Shown here piece after piece: positions 56,776-64,000 of a DNA stretch of 64,000 nt. A model generated the notes under the pieces. The model did not search any database. It was not told the DNA's origin and was given only the letters and a program-made list of their open reading frames with translations. The stretch is from a virus. Position 1 is the first letter of the stretch. Every line of letters starts with the position of its first letter. A program made the position numbers and the translations under genes. Location of the stretch: the IMG/VR virus record IMGVR_UViG_3300025093_000019, positions 1 through 64,000 of that record, one strand, 5' to 3'.

Positions 56776-58299
56776 TTATAAAATAATATTAACAGATCTT
56801 AGGTCTGAAAGCAAAGTACCAACAACGTCTGCAAGCTCATCTAGTGATGTAGAGTTTGCATCATATGCACGATCAGTTGTTACGTTTGTTTCAGTGTATG
56901 TTTGACCTGTTTCGTAAGTCGATATATCAGAAAGAAAAGCAATTGTTCCAGACGCATCTTGCAATGTTGCTGTATGAACTGCGGTTTGAGTTGCTGGAAC
57001 AATATCAATTCTTCCAGCCCACGTATCATTTCCAAATCTTAATAATGGAACATCTCCTCCGCTAGGAGTTAGGTAAACCCCTCCGTTTGGAAGAAGCTTA
57101 ACACCAAATTCATTTACTCCGTCATCTGCGAATTTACCGATGATCAAGCCATCTGTATTTCTAAATGCAGTTGCATCTGATATTACATTTGCTTGTTTAA
57201 AGTATCCTTTTACAGTTGAAAAATTATCCAGGAAAGATAAATTTTGACCTCCAGAAATATGAATTGGATTTGGTCCAGTTACATATCCAACAGCTAGAAC
57301 ATCTTGTAATGATGATGCTACAATATCAGAAAGTAGTGCAAATGTTCCTGTCTGATCAGGAAGGGTCCAGAATTGATTTCCTGTTAGGCTTGTTGGATCC
57401 AGGGTTCCAAAGAATCCATCTTGCTCAAATCTTAATTGAACAGAACTATCTATGTCGATATAAGATGTTCCACCATTTGATTCAAACTTAAACCTTTTAT
57501 ATCCAACGTCATCTAAAGTTATGAAGTGACTATCAGGACCTTCTCCTGGTTGAGTGTATCCAATTGATGCCAGGCCTTCTTGGAAGAATGCATATCCTCC
57601 ACTATTTACAATTCCAGCACCTAATCTAAGAATAGCTATTCCATCGGAACCAGCACCCCCATCTTCAAAATCTATGAAGAATCTATTGTTTGATGTTGCA
57701 TTGTTTGTCCAGATCTTTCTGTTTCCTGACACTTCTGTACTCATTATAATATCATGAGCACCAGTAAAGTTTCCTTCGTTTAAAGTAACTTCAAGATTCT
57801 CTACTGCAAAGAAAGCAGATGCAAGAACATTATATTTATCATAAGAAGATCCATTCCATCTACAAAAAACAAGAGTATCTGTTAGTTGAATGTCTGATAT
57901 AGGAAGTCCACAAATATCCCATAGATATGCAAAGTCATTCATATCGACAGCTGAATCTGGAATTGGAACACCTCCACTACTACCTCCTGATAAAACAAGG
58001 TTGTCTCCTACTCTTGTTAAAAGTTGATCATTAGTATCAATTCCTGCACCTCCAAATAACTCCCAATTAGCTATATCAGCATTAAAGTCTTCTGAAGCTG
58101 TATGATCTACAAGACATCTGTAGTAATTTCCGTCTGGTGCAAGAACCTCTCTTCCTGCGTCGTATTCAAATCTTTGTGACCACGGTGGAATATCTCCAGG
58201 TCTTAGTCCGTGATAATTGTCTCCGGCACCTTGGCCGCCTCCTTCGGCTTTCGATTGTTTGCCAAATAATTTTGATTCAGGTCCAAATAAATTTGCCAT
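56776..58299 (-). CDS. Head/tail fibre protein with an N-terminal carbohydrate-binding-module-like segment
   Basis: W....Y..G..V...G.YYRC...HTAS..F...W (CBM5/12-like); repeated L...L..G..TG and TL.D..GT.A.LSDI fibre motifs; C-terminal L...VGTL.SDL helix. Confidence 0.65.
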   Translation of the reverse strand: MANLFGPESKLFGKQSKAEGGGQGAGDNYHGLRPGDIPPWSQRFEYDAGREVLAPDGNYYRCLVDHTASEDFNADIANWELFGGAGIDTNDQLLTRVGDNLVLSGGSSGGVPIPDSAVDMNDFAYLWDICGLPISDIQLTDTLVFCRWNGSSYDKYNVLASAFFAVENLEVTLNEGNFTGAHDIIMSTEVSGNRKIWTNNATSNNRFFIDFEDGGAGSDGIAILRLGAGIVNSGGYAFFQEGLASIGYTQPGEGPDSHFITLDDVGYKRFKFESNGGTSYIDIDSSVQLRFEQDGFFGTLDPTSLTGNQFWTLPDQTGTFALLSDIVASSLQDVLAVGYVTGPNPIHISGGQNLSFLDNFSTVKGYFKQANVISDATAFRNTDGLIIGKFADDGVNEFGVKLLPNGGVYLTPSGGDVPLLRFGNDTWAGRIDIVPATQTAVHTATLQDASGTIAFLSDISTYETGQTYTETNVTTDRAYDANSTSLDELADVVGTLLSDLRSVNIIL

Positions 58300-58304
58300 A
58301 GCTC

Positions 58305-58601
58305 TTAATCATTGCAGCATTGCTCACCGAATGCCATATTACTAATTAGAATGTTTCTTAGGTTTCTACCCCAAATAGTAGAATAAAAAGCATTCATTTT
58401 GAATCCGCCTGCCGGAAGCTGTCCAGCTGCTTCAGTCACACAACATGCTGAAGATTTTGGATCAGGCTTTGCTTTTGCTACTTGCGGAATATCATTTCCA
58501 AAAATAGTTCTTTTTTCTTTTCCGTTTTTTAAATCGGAAAACATGGATCCAGAACTGAACCCTTTAAACATATCGTTACTTGCTGAATAATCTGGTATCA
58601 T
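58305..58601 (-). CDS. Hypothetical protein
   Basis: Packed in the operon; Cys pairs. Confidence 0.5.
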   Translation of the reverse strand: MIPDYSASNDMFKGFSSGSMFSDLKNGKEKRTIFGNDIPQVAKAKPDPKSSACCVTEAAGQLPAGGFKMNAFYSTIWGRNLRNILISNMAFGEQCCND

Positions 58602-58612
58602 AATTTTTTAAT

Positions 58613-59092
58613 TTAATTTGGACAAGGCCCTAAAAATTCAAAACTTAAACCTGGGAAGGTTATACACGCTAGTGCTTGGCATCCTACAGGATTAATTAAA
58701 ATATTGCTGTTTCCGTCAACATCTATTGACCACTCCTCCGCACAGAAATCTATTATATAACCTCCTTTAACATCTGGAACAATATATGATTGTGGATTTC
58801 CGGCTTCATCTATCCATGTTACATTATATGCTGCCGTAACACCGCTACCTACATTCATTCTGTATTGAACAATATTAGGCACTTCAAAGTCTTCTAATTC
58901 TACTGGATCGTAAACAGGTTCTGCTGGTTCACATGAAGTTGGGCTAGTTGGGCTTTGAGGATTGTCTTCTATTGCACATGGACAATCAAGACCTTTTTCA
59001 TCATCATTCGTAAAAAGCGATTTCTCTTCCTCTATTGAAGAATCAGGGAAGAACCCCCTGCTGTTACCACTCTTTGCGAAAAAACTTCCCAT
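58613..59092 (-). CDS. Hypothetical Cys-containing protein
   Basis: Packed in the operon (TAATG overlap with the upstream gene). Confidence 0.55.
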   Translation of the reverse strand: MGSFFAKSGNSRGFFPDSSIEEEKSLFTNDDEKGLDCPCAIEDNPQSPTSPTSCEPAEPVYDPVELEDFEVPNIVQYRMNVGSGVTAAYNVTWIDEAGNPQSYIVPDVKGGYIIDFCAEEWSIDVDGNSNILINPVGCQALACITFPGLSFEFLGPCPN

Positions 59093-59613
59093 TATCCGTC
59101 TTCAAACATTTTAGACTCACCACCACCAACTTGCCTGGCCAGTGCTTCTTTGTTTACTTTTTGTTCAAGCTTGTCGTAATAGTCAAATAGTTCTTCACAT
59201 CCTTTAACCATTGATCGATAAACTTTTTCGTTCTTTTCGCTGATTTCCATTGTGTCGAAATAATCAATGTATTCATCGATTTTTTTCTTACACCCATGAA
59301 GCAACCTCTCTGTGTGAGAGTATTGTATTTCATTTAGTTTCTCAACAATTAATTGAAATTGGTCGCTTTGTTCTGCTTTCTTCCAATAGTCTTTCTCTCC
59401 AACAACATCAGCTGATACTAGCTTCTGCCTGTCATGGATTTCCATTGCTTGATAGATTGATCTTTTATCATAGACACTAAAAACATACGATGCCAACTTG
59501 TGAAATCTTGCTTTGTTTTTAGAGTGATCTTGATCATATAAATCTTTTATCGCCTTGTTCAGAAGACCTTGGTCTGTGACAACAACCTTCCCATTTTTCA
59601 ATTCAAAGAACAT
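59092..59613 (-). CDS. Conserved crAss-like helical protein (possible packaging accessory or small terminase)
   Basis: LY..D.SK.K......YVF..YD.RS.Y pattern; C-terminal GGGE...FED. Function inferred weakly. Confidence 0.4.
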   Translation of the reverse strand: MFFELKNGKVVVTDQGLLNKAIKDLYDQDHSKNKARFHKLASYVFSVYDKRSIYQAMEIHDRQKLVSADVVGEKDYWKKAEQSDQFQLIVEKLNEIQYSHTERLLHGCKKKIDEYIDYFDTMEISEKNEKVYRSMVKGCEELFDYYDKLEQKVNKEALARQVGGGESKMFEDG

Positions 59614-59615
59614 AA

Positions 59616-59942
59616 CTAGGAAACTTCTTGTGATGGTATCTCTTTTGGGAATGAGTCTTTTTGCGGATTCAACTTTTGTTTCTTTCCAAATGGTATTAAT
59701 TCCATCGTAAGAAATCTTCCACGATCATATCTACCATCTTTGTCGAACCAGTGGCATTCAATTCCAACTGTAAAAGTCTTTGGAACCTTATTGCCTTTTT
59801 CATCTATTAGAACCTCAGTCTTTTTGAGAATATCATCAACAATCATTTTCCTTTCCGGAAACTCCCTATGTGCCACAGGCACACCAGGCTTAATCCAGTA
59901 CTTGCTGTCTCTCTGTTCTATTTGGCTCTGTTTGTCTGACAT
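59616..59942 (-). CDS. DUF2158/YodC-like small beta-barrel protein
   Basis: KPG..V......M.V...ECHWFD..G....F...EL pattern. Confidence 0.55.
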   Translation of the reverse strand: MSDKQSQIEQRDSKYWIKPGVPVAHREFPERKMIVDDILKKTEVLIDEKGNKVPKTFTVGIECHWFDKDGRYDRGRFLTMELIPFGKKQKLNPQKDSFPKEIPSQEVS

Positions 59943-59950
59943 CTTCGACG

Positions 59951-59966
59951 CTAAGTTACAAATTTA
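59951..59966 (-). promoter_or_regulatory. Promoter-like motif TAAATTTGTAACTTAG
   Basis: Contains TAnnTTTG plus TAACTTAG; the 12-mer TTTGTAACTTAG recurs at 61388-61399, also intergenic and upstream of a minus-strand start. Confidence 0.5.
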
Positions 59967-59970
59967 TTTC

Positions 59971-60429
59971 TTAAAAAATAGATATTAAAACACCAGGGTT
60001 ATTTTTATCTACTTCGTACTCTAAAAAGTATGGTCTGACATTTACACAATCGTCATCTTCAATCCATCCATGCTTTACCATCATGTCTTGAACTATCTGT
60101 GCTGCGTTTATGTAATCAAACTTTCTTTTTGTCTTTCGGAAAAACTTAAAACAGATTCTGTAGGGCGGCTCGAAATTTTTCACGAGTTCTTTGAACTCCT
60201 TTTTGTTTGCTGCATACTCCCACTCCCTTTCCTTGATATATCTCTTGGTTGCCTTAGAGCTATTAAGATTTAGTCTCACCGGCATGTATGCACCATTCTT
60301 CAAATGATATATACTAGACTTAGATCCCTTCTTCATGTAAAGAAACCCTATTTCTTTTGAGTTCTTCGATGAGGGTACTTCTCCCGGCATAAAAATGCCT
60401 CTCTCTATGATCTGCTGTTCTGTACTCAT
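59971..60429 (-). CDS. RusA-like Holliday junction resolvase
   Basis: GEVPSSKN...F.F.R...RKFDYIN..Q...D.M...WIEDDD...PGV.I, a RusA-type acidic motif arrangement. Confidence 0.7.
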   Translation of the reverse strand: MSTEQQIIERGIFMPGEVPSSKNSKEIGFLYMKKGSKSSIYHLKNGAYMPVRLNLNSSKATKRYIKEREWEYAANKKEFKELVKNFEPPYRICFKFFRKTKRKFDYINAAQIVQDMMVKHGWIEDDDCVNVRPYFLEYEVDKNNPGVLISIF

Positions 60430-60586
60430 TGTTCAAAATATTTATCTTCCCCCATGACAAGCAAAGAGGACAATCGTCAATGTAATCTTCTTTCTTAAAA
60501 ACTTTGTTTCTAAAAACAATGCGTTCAAATTTAACAAATCCTTTTCCGATGCAACACGGACATTCTTCTTTTTTAATCACCATCAT
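60320..60586 (-). CDS. Small zinc-finger protein (CPCCIGKG / CPLCLSWG)
   Basis: Two CxxC motifs; the 3' end overlaps the RusA-like gene by 110 nt. Confidence 0.45.
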   Translation of the reverse strand: MMVIKKEECPCCIGKGFVKFERIVFRNKVFKKEDYIDDCPLCLSWGKINILNNEYRTADHRERHFYAGRSTLIEELKRNRVSLHEEGI

Positions 60587-61163
60587 TATTATCTTTTGAT
60601 CTTTCTTCCATTATTTTATCTGTAGTGAGATTGCTCTCTGGTATATCTCTATAATCAGGATCCATCTTAACCATGTCCTCTTTTGTTTCCGGATACTTTC
60701 CAGGATTCTCTACAGAGATCCTTCTAAGTTGTGCTCCCAAATAACAGATCGATGTTTCCATGTGGTCAATTGCTCTATCGATCGACCTCATACCAAGCAA
60801 CTGGAACTTAGGTGTAGGTATTGGAGATCTCTGCATTCTTATCGATACAATTTTTGCCATGATCATATCCAAGCTTCTTATTAAAAACTTGATATGTTTC
60901 ACGTCTGAAAAATCGTCGTTCACTTCCACCAGGGAAGTGTCCACCTTATCAACATCCAATTCTATGATCTCATTTCTTTCATCATACATATTCGGATACG
61001 GATTATTACTTCCAGAATAAAACGCATACCTACCCATTGCCATCCTAGCTTCAACTAAATTCTGAAAGGCATTCCTTAAATTAATTTCTTCCAATGATAA
61101 GCTTTTGGACATGTACTCTAAACCATAATCGATTTCGATTCTTATTTCACTTCCTCCATACAT
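60573..61163 (-). CDS. Hypothetical protein
   Basis: 196-aa ORF in the operon. Confidence 0.6.
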   Translation of the reverse strand: MYGGSEIRIEIDYGLEYMSKSLSLEEINLRNAFQNLVEARMAMGRYAFYSGSNNPYPNMYDERNEIIELDVDKVDTSLVEVNDDFSDVKHIKFLIRSLDMIMAKIVSIRMQRSPIPTPKFQLLGMRSIDRAIDHMETSICYLGAQLRRISVENPGKYPETKEDMVKMDPDYRDIPESNLTTDKIMEERSKDNNDGD

Positions 61164-61166
61164 AAT

Positions 61167-61370
61167 TCACAATTGATTGTTAATAAATATACTATTCTTT
61201 ACTTCCTCACTTAAACCATCAATAACTAGTTCCTTGATTGAATTAGGCAATACGTTAAGCTCAGAGATAAGTCCGTCTATAGAAAGGGTGCGAAGAGGAG
61301 CCTCGGCATACCCCCCTTCAGAGAGTGCACCCCAGTTAACATCAAAGTCTAATGTGATTTCTTCAAACAT
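61167..61370 (-). CDS. Hypothetical protein (first gene of the late module)
   Basis: Acidic 67-aa ORF downstream of a promoter-like motif. Confidence 0.45.
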   Translation of the reverse strand: MFEEITLDFDVNWGALSEGGYAEAPLRTLSIDGLISELNVLPNSIKELVIDGLSEEVKNSIFINNQL

Positions 61371-61387
61371 CTGCCGAGATATTTATA

Positions 61388-61399
61388 CTAAGTTACAAA
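61388..61399 (-). promoter_or_regulatory. Promoter-like motif TTTGTAACTTAG at the head of the late module
   Basis: Identical 12-mer at 59951-59962; variant of the Bacteroidota -7 box TAnnTTTG. Confidence 0.5.
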
Positions 61400-61582
61400 A
61401 AAAGCCGGAGGAGAACAAGCGTTCACTTAACCAAACACAAAGCAGATCCCCCCGGCCTTTTGATGGTGACTCCAAATATATATAACACCCCCCATACTTC
61501 CAAATAGTTTGCGACTATATACTCCTGAAGTACCACCACTGTATCCCCCCTACCTTTCAACATATCAAAATAGTTAAATGTT

Positions 61583-61921
61583 ATGAAACAAAACATCTTA
61601 AAACTTAAAGATGTCGTTGCACAAGCAAAGCGTTTGTTAGCGGGCGACATTGAGGCGGAACCACAGGATGTGGTTATCACTCGAACTATTGACTACAAGA
61701 ACGGGAAGACTAAGCGTGATTCTCAGTGGCAGGGCTACATGATGCAGTTCAGCGAAACTGATAAGGGCAAGGTCGAAGTTCCTGTGTCTGCTGGTCTTCT
61801 ACTCACTATCGCTGAGGAGAACGACAAGGTGAACGAAGTGTTCACTCAGCACAAAGACGGTAGCATGACACTCAAGCATTTGAAGTGGGGTGTGAAGGAT
61901 GGTCAGTTTATCTTAGGATAG
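61583..61921 (+). CDS. Hypothetical protein, first gene of the divergent (probably early) block
   Basis: 112 aa; visibly more GC-rich than its neighbours; followed by hairpins. Confidence 0.75.
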   Translation: MKQNILKLKDVVAQAKRLLAGDIEAEPQDVVITRTIDYKNGKTKRDSQWQGYMMQFSETDKGKVEVPVSAGLLLTIAEENDKVNEVFTQHKDGSMTLKHLKWGVKDGQFILG

Positions 61922-61927
61922 ACTGAT

Positions 61928-61944
61928 CGGCCTTCGGCCGTTTT
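61928..61944 (+). terminator. Hairpin plus U-tract (possible terminator)
   Basis: CGGCC-TTC-GGCCG followed by TTTT, 6 nt after the stop. Confidence 0.45.
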
Positions 61945-62063
61945 GATTCTATCTCCCAATACAGGGAGTATTGTTTAACCAAAGATTGTCCGTTTGTGTA
62001 CGGGGCTGAGAAGATCTGCAAGCCAATACACTTCTCTTTTTATTTACTTAAAACCAATACATC

Positions 62064-62264
62064 GTGAAGAAGATACTTATACTTTTCGCAGCAGGATTAT
62101 TAATCACATCATGTGCTCCAGTACAGAAGGATGTGAAACCAGGTACATTAGAAATCTGGACTGATGATCAAGGAGATATTCATCGTGAATTTAAAGGTGA
62201 CGATGGATCTTATTCTCATTTGGTGAATGGCGTGCTTGTTGAACTCAAAGTGGTTCGCAAGTAG
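62064..62264 (+). CDS. Small lipoprotein
   Basis: MKKILILFAAGLLITSC signal peptide with lipobox. Confidence 0.7.
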   Translation: MKKILILFAAGLLITSCAPVQKDVKPGTLEIWTDDQGDIHREFKGDDGSYSHLVNGVLVELKVVRK

Positions 62265-62280
62265 GCCACGCCTATTTATT

Positions 62281-62450
62281 TACAACTGTATTCTAAATAC
62301 TAGTTAATCCAACAAATAAAGAGTAATAAATATGTGTTTATCTAAATACATTACTTAATATACTCTACTATGTTGTATTACTTAATTATGATACAGAGTA
62401 AATTGGTTTAAGTAATTTGTATTAAGTAACTTGTTTTCTACAACTGTATT
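62281..62450. repeat. AT-rich non-coding region with direct and inverted repeats
   Basis: TACAACTGTATT x2 (62281, 62439), TCTAAATAC x2 (62292, 62341), TTACTTAA x2 forward (62351, 62378) and x2 inverted (62408, 62422). Confidence 0.7.
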
Positions 62451-62515
62451 AAGACGAAGTTATATACAATAAAAGAGAAATTCAACTTATCTTTTAAACA
62501 ATAAAATGTTAACAA

Positions 62516-62716
62516 GTGAAAAATCGTGGGAATTTTGGAGCTTTAGAACCATATTATGGGTATAAAGTGACCGTAAAGGATATATTTGGGGACATCAAAT
62601 CATTTAAGATTTTGGCTCGATCAGAATACGAAGCTCGTGAAAGAGTATATGCTAAATTCATGCAGTTTCAACCTGATTTACAAGAATACTCATTTGGTGT
62701 AAGAACTTTAATTTAA
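62516..62716 (+). CDS. Hypothetical protein
   Basis: 66-aa ORF with GTG start after an A-rich leader; Y.V.V......F.I.A.SE.EA pattern common in small phage proteins. Confidence 0.6.
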   Translation: MKNRGNFGALEPYYGYKVTVKDIFGDIKSFKILARSEYEARERVYAKFMQFQPDLQEYSFGVRTLI

Positions 62717-62797
62717 TTGGCACTGTAGATCGTGTCACCGGGGAAGGGAGCATCCGGTAATCACACTCTCATTTTTTTACGCTTAAATTCAACAAAA

Positions 62798-63304
62798 GTG
62801 AAAAATCAAACTCAATTAAAAGCTGGCTTAATAGCCTTTATCTTGTCTTTATTTGCAATACAATATTTGCATGGACAAGGTGACATGTTTACTGCACATA
62901 ATCTTAATTCATCTCCTGAGATTGAAAAAGAAATGATGCAACCGTACATTACTATTTATGGTGATGTAATTAACTCTGATGTTCGTAGAGACAAAGTGGA
63001 CATACAAGTATTTATGCTTGATGACTCTACATGTACTTGGCAAAAGATCGAACATTACACTGACAATGAATTCTATTTATTACTTGAACGTGGTAAAGAA
63101 TATCAAGTCTGGTTTGACAATGGATCTAAATACAAAATACTATACGTGGATCCTGGTTACATTGGAAACTATGCTTATCGCATCAATGCTAATTTTACCA
63201 AAGATGGATGTGCTAGAATGACACCAACTGAATCAGGTAAGAAATATTTTGTTGATTACATTAGTCACAGTGAGCTTAAATCACTTGCCTATAATAGTAA
63301 TTAG
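62798..63304 (+). CDS. Secreted/periplasmic protein with signal peptide
   Basis: Likely GTG start at 62798 (ORF track starts at 62732); KAGLIAFILSLFAIQYLHG signal peptide, then a beta-rich domain. Confidence 0.6.
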   Translation: MKNQTQLKAGLIAFILSLFAIQYLHGQGDMFTAHNLNSSPEIEKEMMQPYITIYGDVINSDVRRDKVDIQVFMLDDSTCTWQKIEHYTDNEFYLLLERGKEYQVWFDNGSKYKILYVDPGYIGNYAYRINANFTKDGCARMTPTESGKKYFVDYISHSELKSLAYNSN

Positions 63305-63739
63305 ATGAAAAGGAGAAAGGTAGATGTATCGCTTACTCACAATACGGGTAAGCGGTACACTGGTAAACGGAAACCAGTTAGTCCACTTCCTCTTCCATTG
63401 CGTAACATGCTTAGACAATTTTGTAGTGACAATGGTATCTTTATGGATCCACAAGGTCAATACATTATGTTGTTTGATAATGTTAATGGTAAAGGTAAAA
63501 TGAAAGAGATCAAATTTTATCTTAATTACCATAAGACTCAAGATAAACATTATGAAAACTCATCTGGTATTGAATTAAACATACCAGGACGTGAGTACAT
63601 CATTGCATCTAATCATCGAATGCAAAAGCAAGTAAATGTCACTCGTTTGATGGCACATACATTTGCTTTTGATAAAGCCGTGTCAAACACTAACTTTGAT
63701 GATAAAATGAAACAGTTCATCTTAAACTTGACACAATGA
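63305..63739 (+). CDS. Hypothetical protein
   Basis: Starts immediately after the upstream stop. Confidence 0.6.
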   Translation: MKRRKVDVSLTHNTGKRYTGKRKPVSPLPLPLRNMLRQFCSDNGIFMDPQGQYIMLFDNVNGKGKMKEIKFYLNYHKTQDKHYENSSGIELNIPGREYIIASNHRMQKQVNVTRLMAHTFAFDKAVSNTNFDDKMKQFILNLTQ

Positions 63740-63903
63740 TCAGATTTTTTAGAATACATAAGTTCAGGCCAACAGCAGGAATAATCACTAATGATTTTGT
63801 GTTATTAGGATTTGGTTACAGCGGTGGTTATAATGCACTCCTATTTTGTGTGTTTAACCTGTATGTTGGCCTGAGCATAACTCGTAAATTCAATAAGAAG
63901 TGA
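63736..63903 (+). CDS. Small hydrophobic protein (55 aa, absent from the ORF track)
   Basis: ATGA overlap upstream and GTGA overlap downstream; MIRFFRIHKFRPTAGIITNDFVLLGFGYSGGYNALLFCVFNLYVGLSITRKFNKK*. Confidence 0.5.
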   Translation: MIRFFRIHKFRPTAGIITNDFVLLGFGYSGGYNALLFCVFNLYVGLSITRKFNKK

Positions 63904-64000
63904 AAATATCAGAACAACCTTTGGAGAAGTTATTTGAAACATTTCAGCGTGATATGGTTAAAATGACTCAAGACACTTTTAATAGTATGTATCCTAATAG
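63900..64000 (+). CDS. Hypothetical protein, 3'-truncated by the window edge
   Basis: GTG start overlapping the previous stop; open to the window end (MKISEQPLEKLFETFQRDMVKMTQDTFNSMYPN). Confidence 0.45.
   Translation, partial: MKISEQPLEKLFETFQRDMVKMTQDTFNSMYPN

Noticed and set aside
7729-60273. Numerous short plus-strand and alternative-frame ORFs in the ORF track (e.g. 8062-8301, 26241-26603, 33387-33581, 45630-45962)
   Set aside because: They are shadows of long minus-strand genes and carry no recognisable motifs.
61177-61680. ORFs 61177-61485 (+) and 61423-61680 (-) across the divergent region
   Set aside because: They overlap better-supported genes on the opposite strand and cross the C-tract regulatory region; likely spurious.
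62281-62450. Possible mini CRISPR array
   Set aside because: The repeats are only 8-12 bp, irregularly spaced and partly inverted; there is no repeat-spacer periodicity and no cas genes.
48247-62488. 13-mer AGAAATTCAACTT shared by two intergenic regions (48247 and 62476)
   Set aside because: AT-rich 13-mer matches are expected by chance in 64 kb, and the orientation relative to the downstream genes differs.
1-64000. Stop-codon reassignment (TAG or TGA), known in some crAss-like phages
   Set aside because: Standard-code ORFs tile the window densely, including a 6829-aa ORF. TAG-ended genes are followed directly by the next start, and no fragmented genes were seen.
1-64000. tRNA, rRNA, integrase, transposase or DGR reverse transcriptase
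   Set aside because: None recognised. Intergenic gaps are short, and no cloverleaf with a T-loop consensus was found by eye.

Overview
This 64-kb window is part of a crAss-like (Crassvirales-type) podovirus genome, probably infecting a Bacteroidota host. It uses the standard genetic code, has A-rich starts without Shine-Dalgarno sites, and carries TAnnTT(T/A)G promoter boxes. Layout: (i) 1-2739 (+), the end of an accessory block with a truncated spore-photoproduct-lyase-family radical SAM gene and small ORFs, closed by a bidirectional terminator. (ii) 2830-61370 (-), one long late/virion module. Read from the right it holds small genes (RusA-like resolvase, DUF2158-like), fibre genes, a lysis cassette, TerL, portal, putative scaffold, major capsid, ring/auxiliary capsid/IHF-like genes, a 1012-aa cargo with an N-terminal SET domain, the muzzle/tail-stabilisation protein, three further cargo proteins, a 6829-aa polyprotein (SF1 helicase, PD-(D/E)xK nuclease, virion RNA polymerase with DYDID, zincin protease) and Cys-rich tail/fibre genes. 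(iii) 61583-64000 (+), a divergent block of small, probably early genes with unusual non-coding features (four C6 tracts, an AT-rich repeat cluster, stacked hairpins). The best candidate for an undescribed system is the cargo set. Four neighbouring putative virion-packaged proteins are punctuated by a recurrent [YFMW]-x-x-G-G motif. In the 1012-aa protein this motif brackets a SET lysine-methyltransferase domain and a beta-barrel-like module, which suggests motif-directed packaging or processing of injected effectors. All functional calls come from motif recognition by eye; no searches were run.
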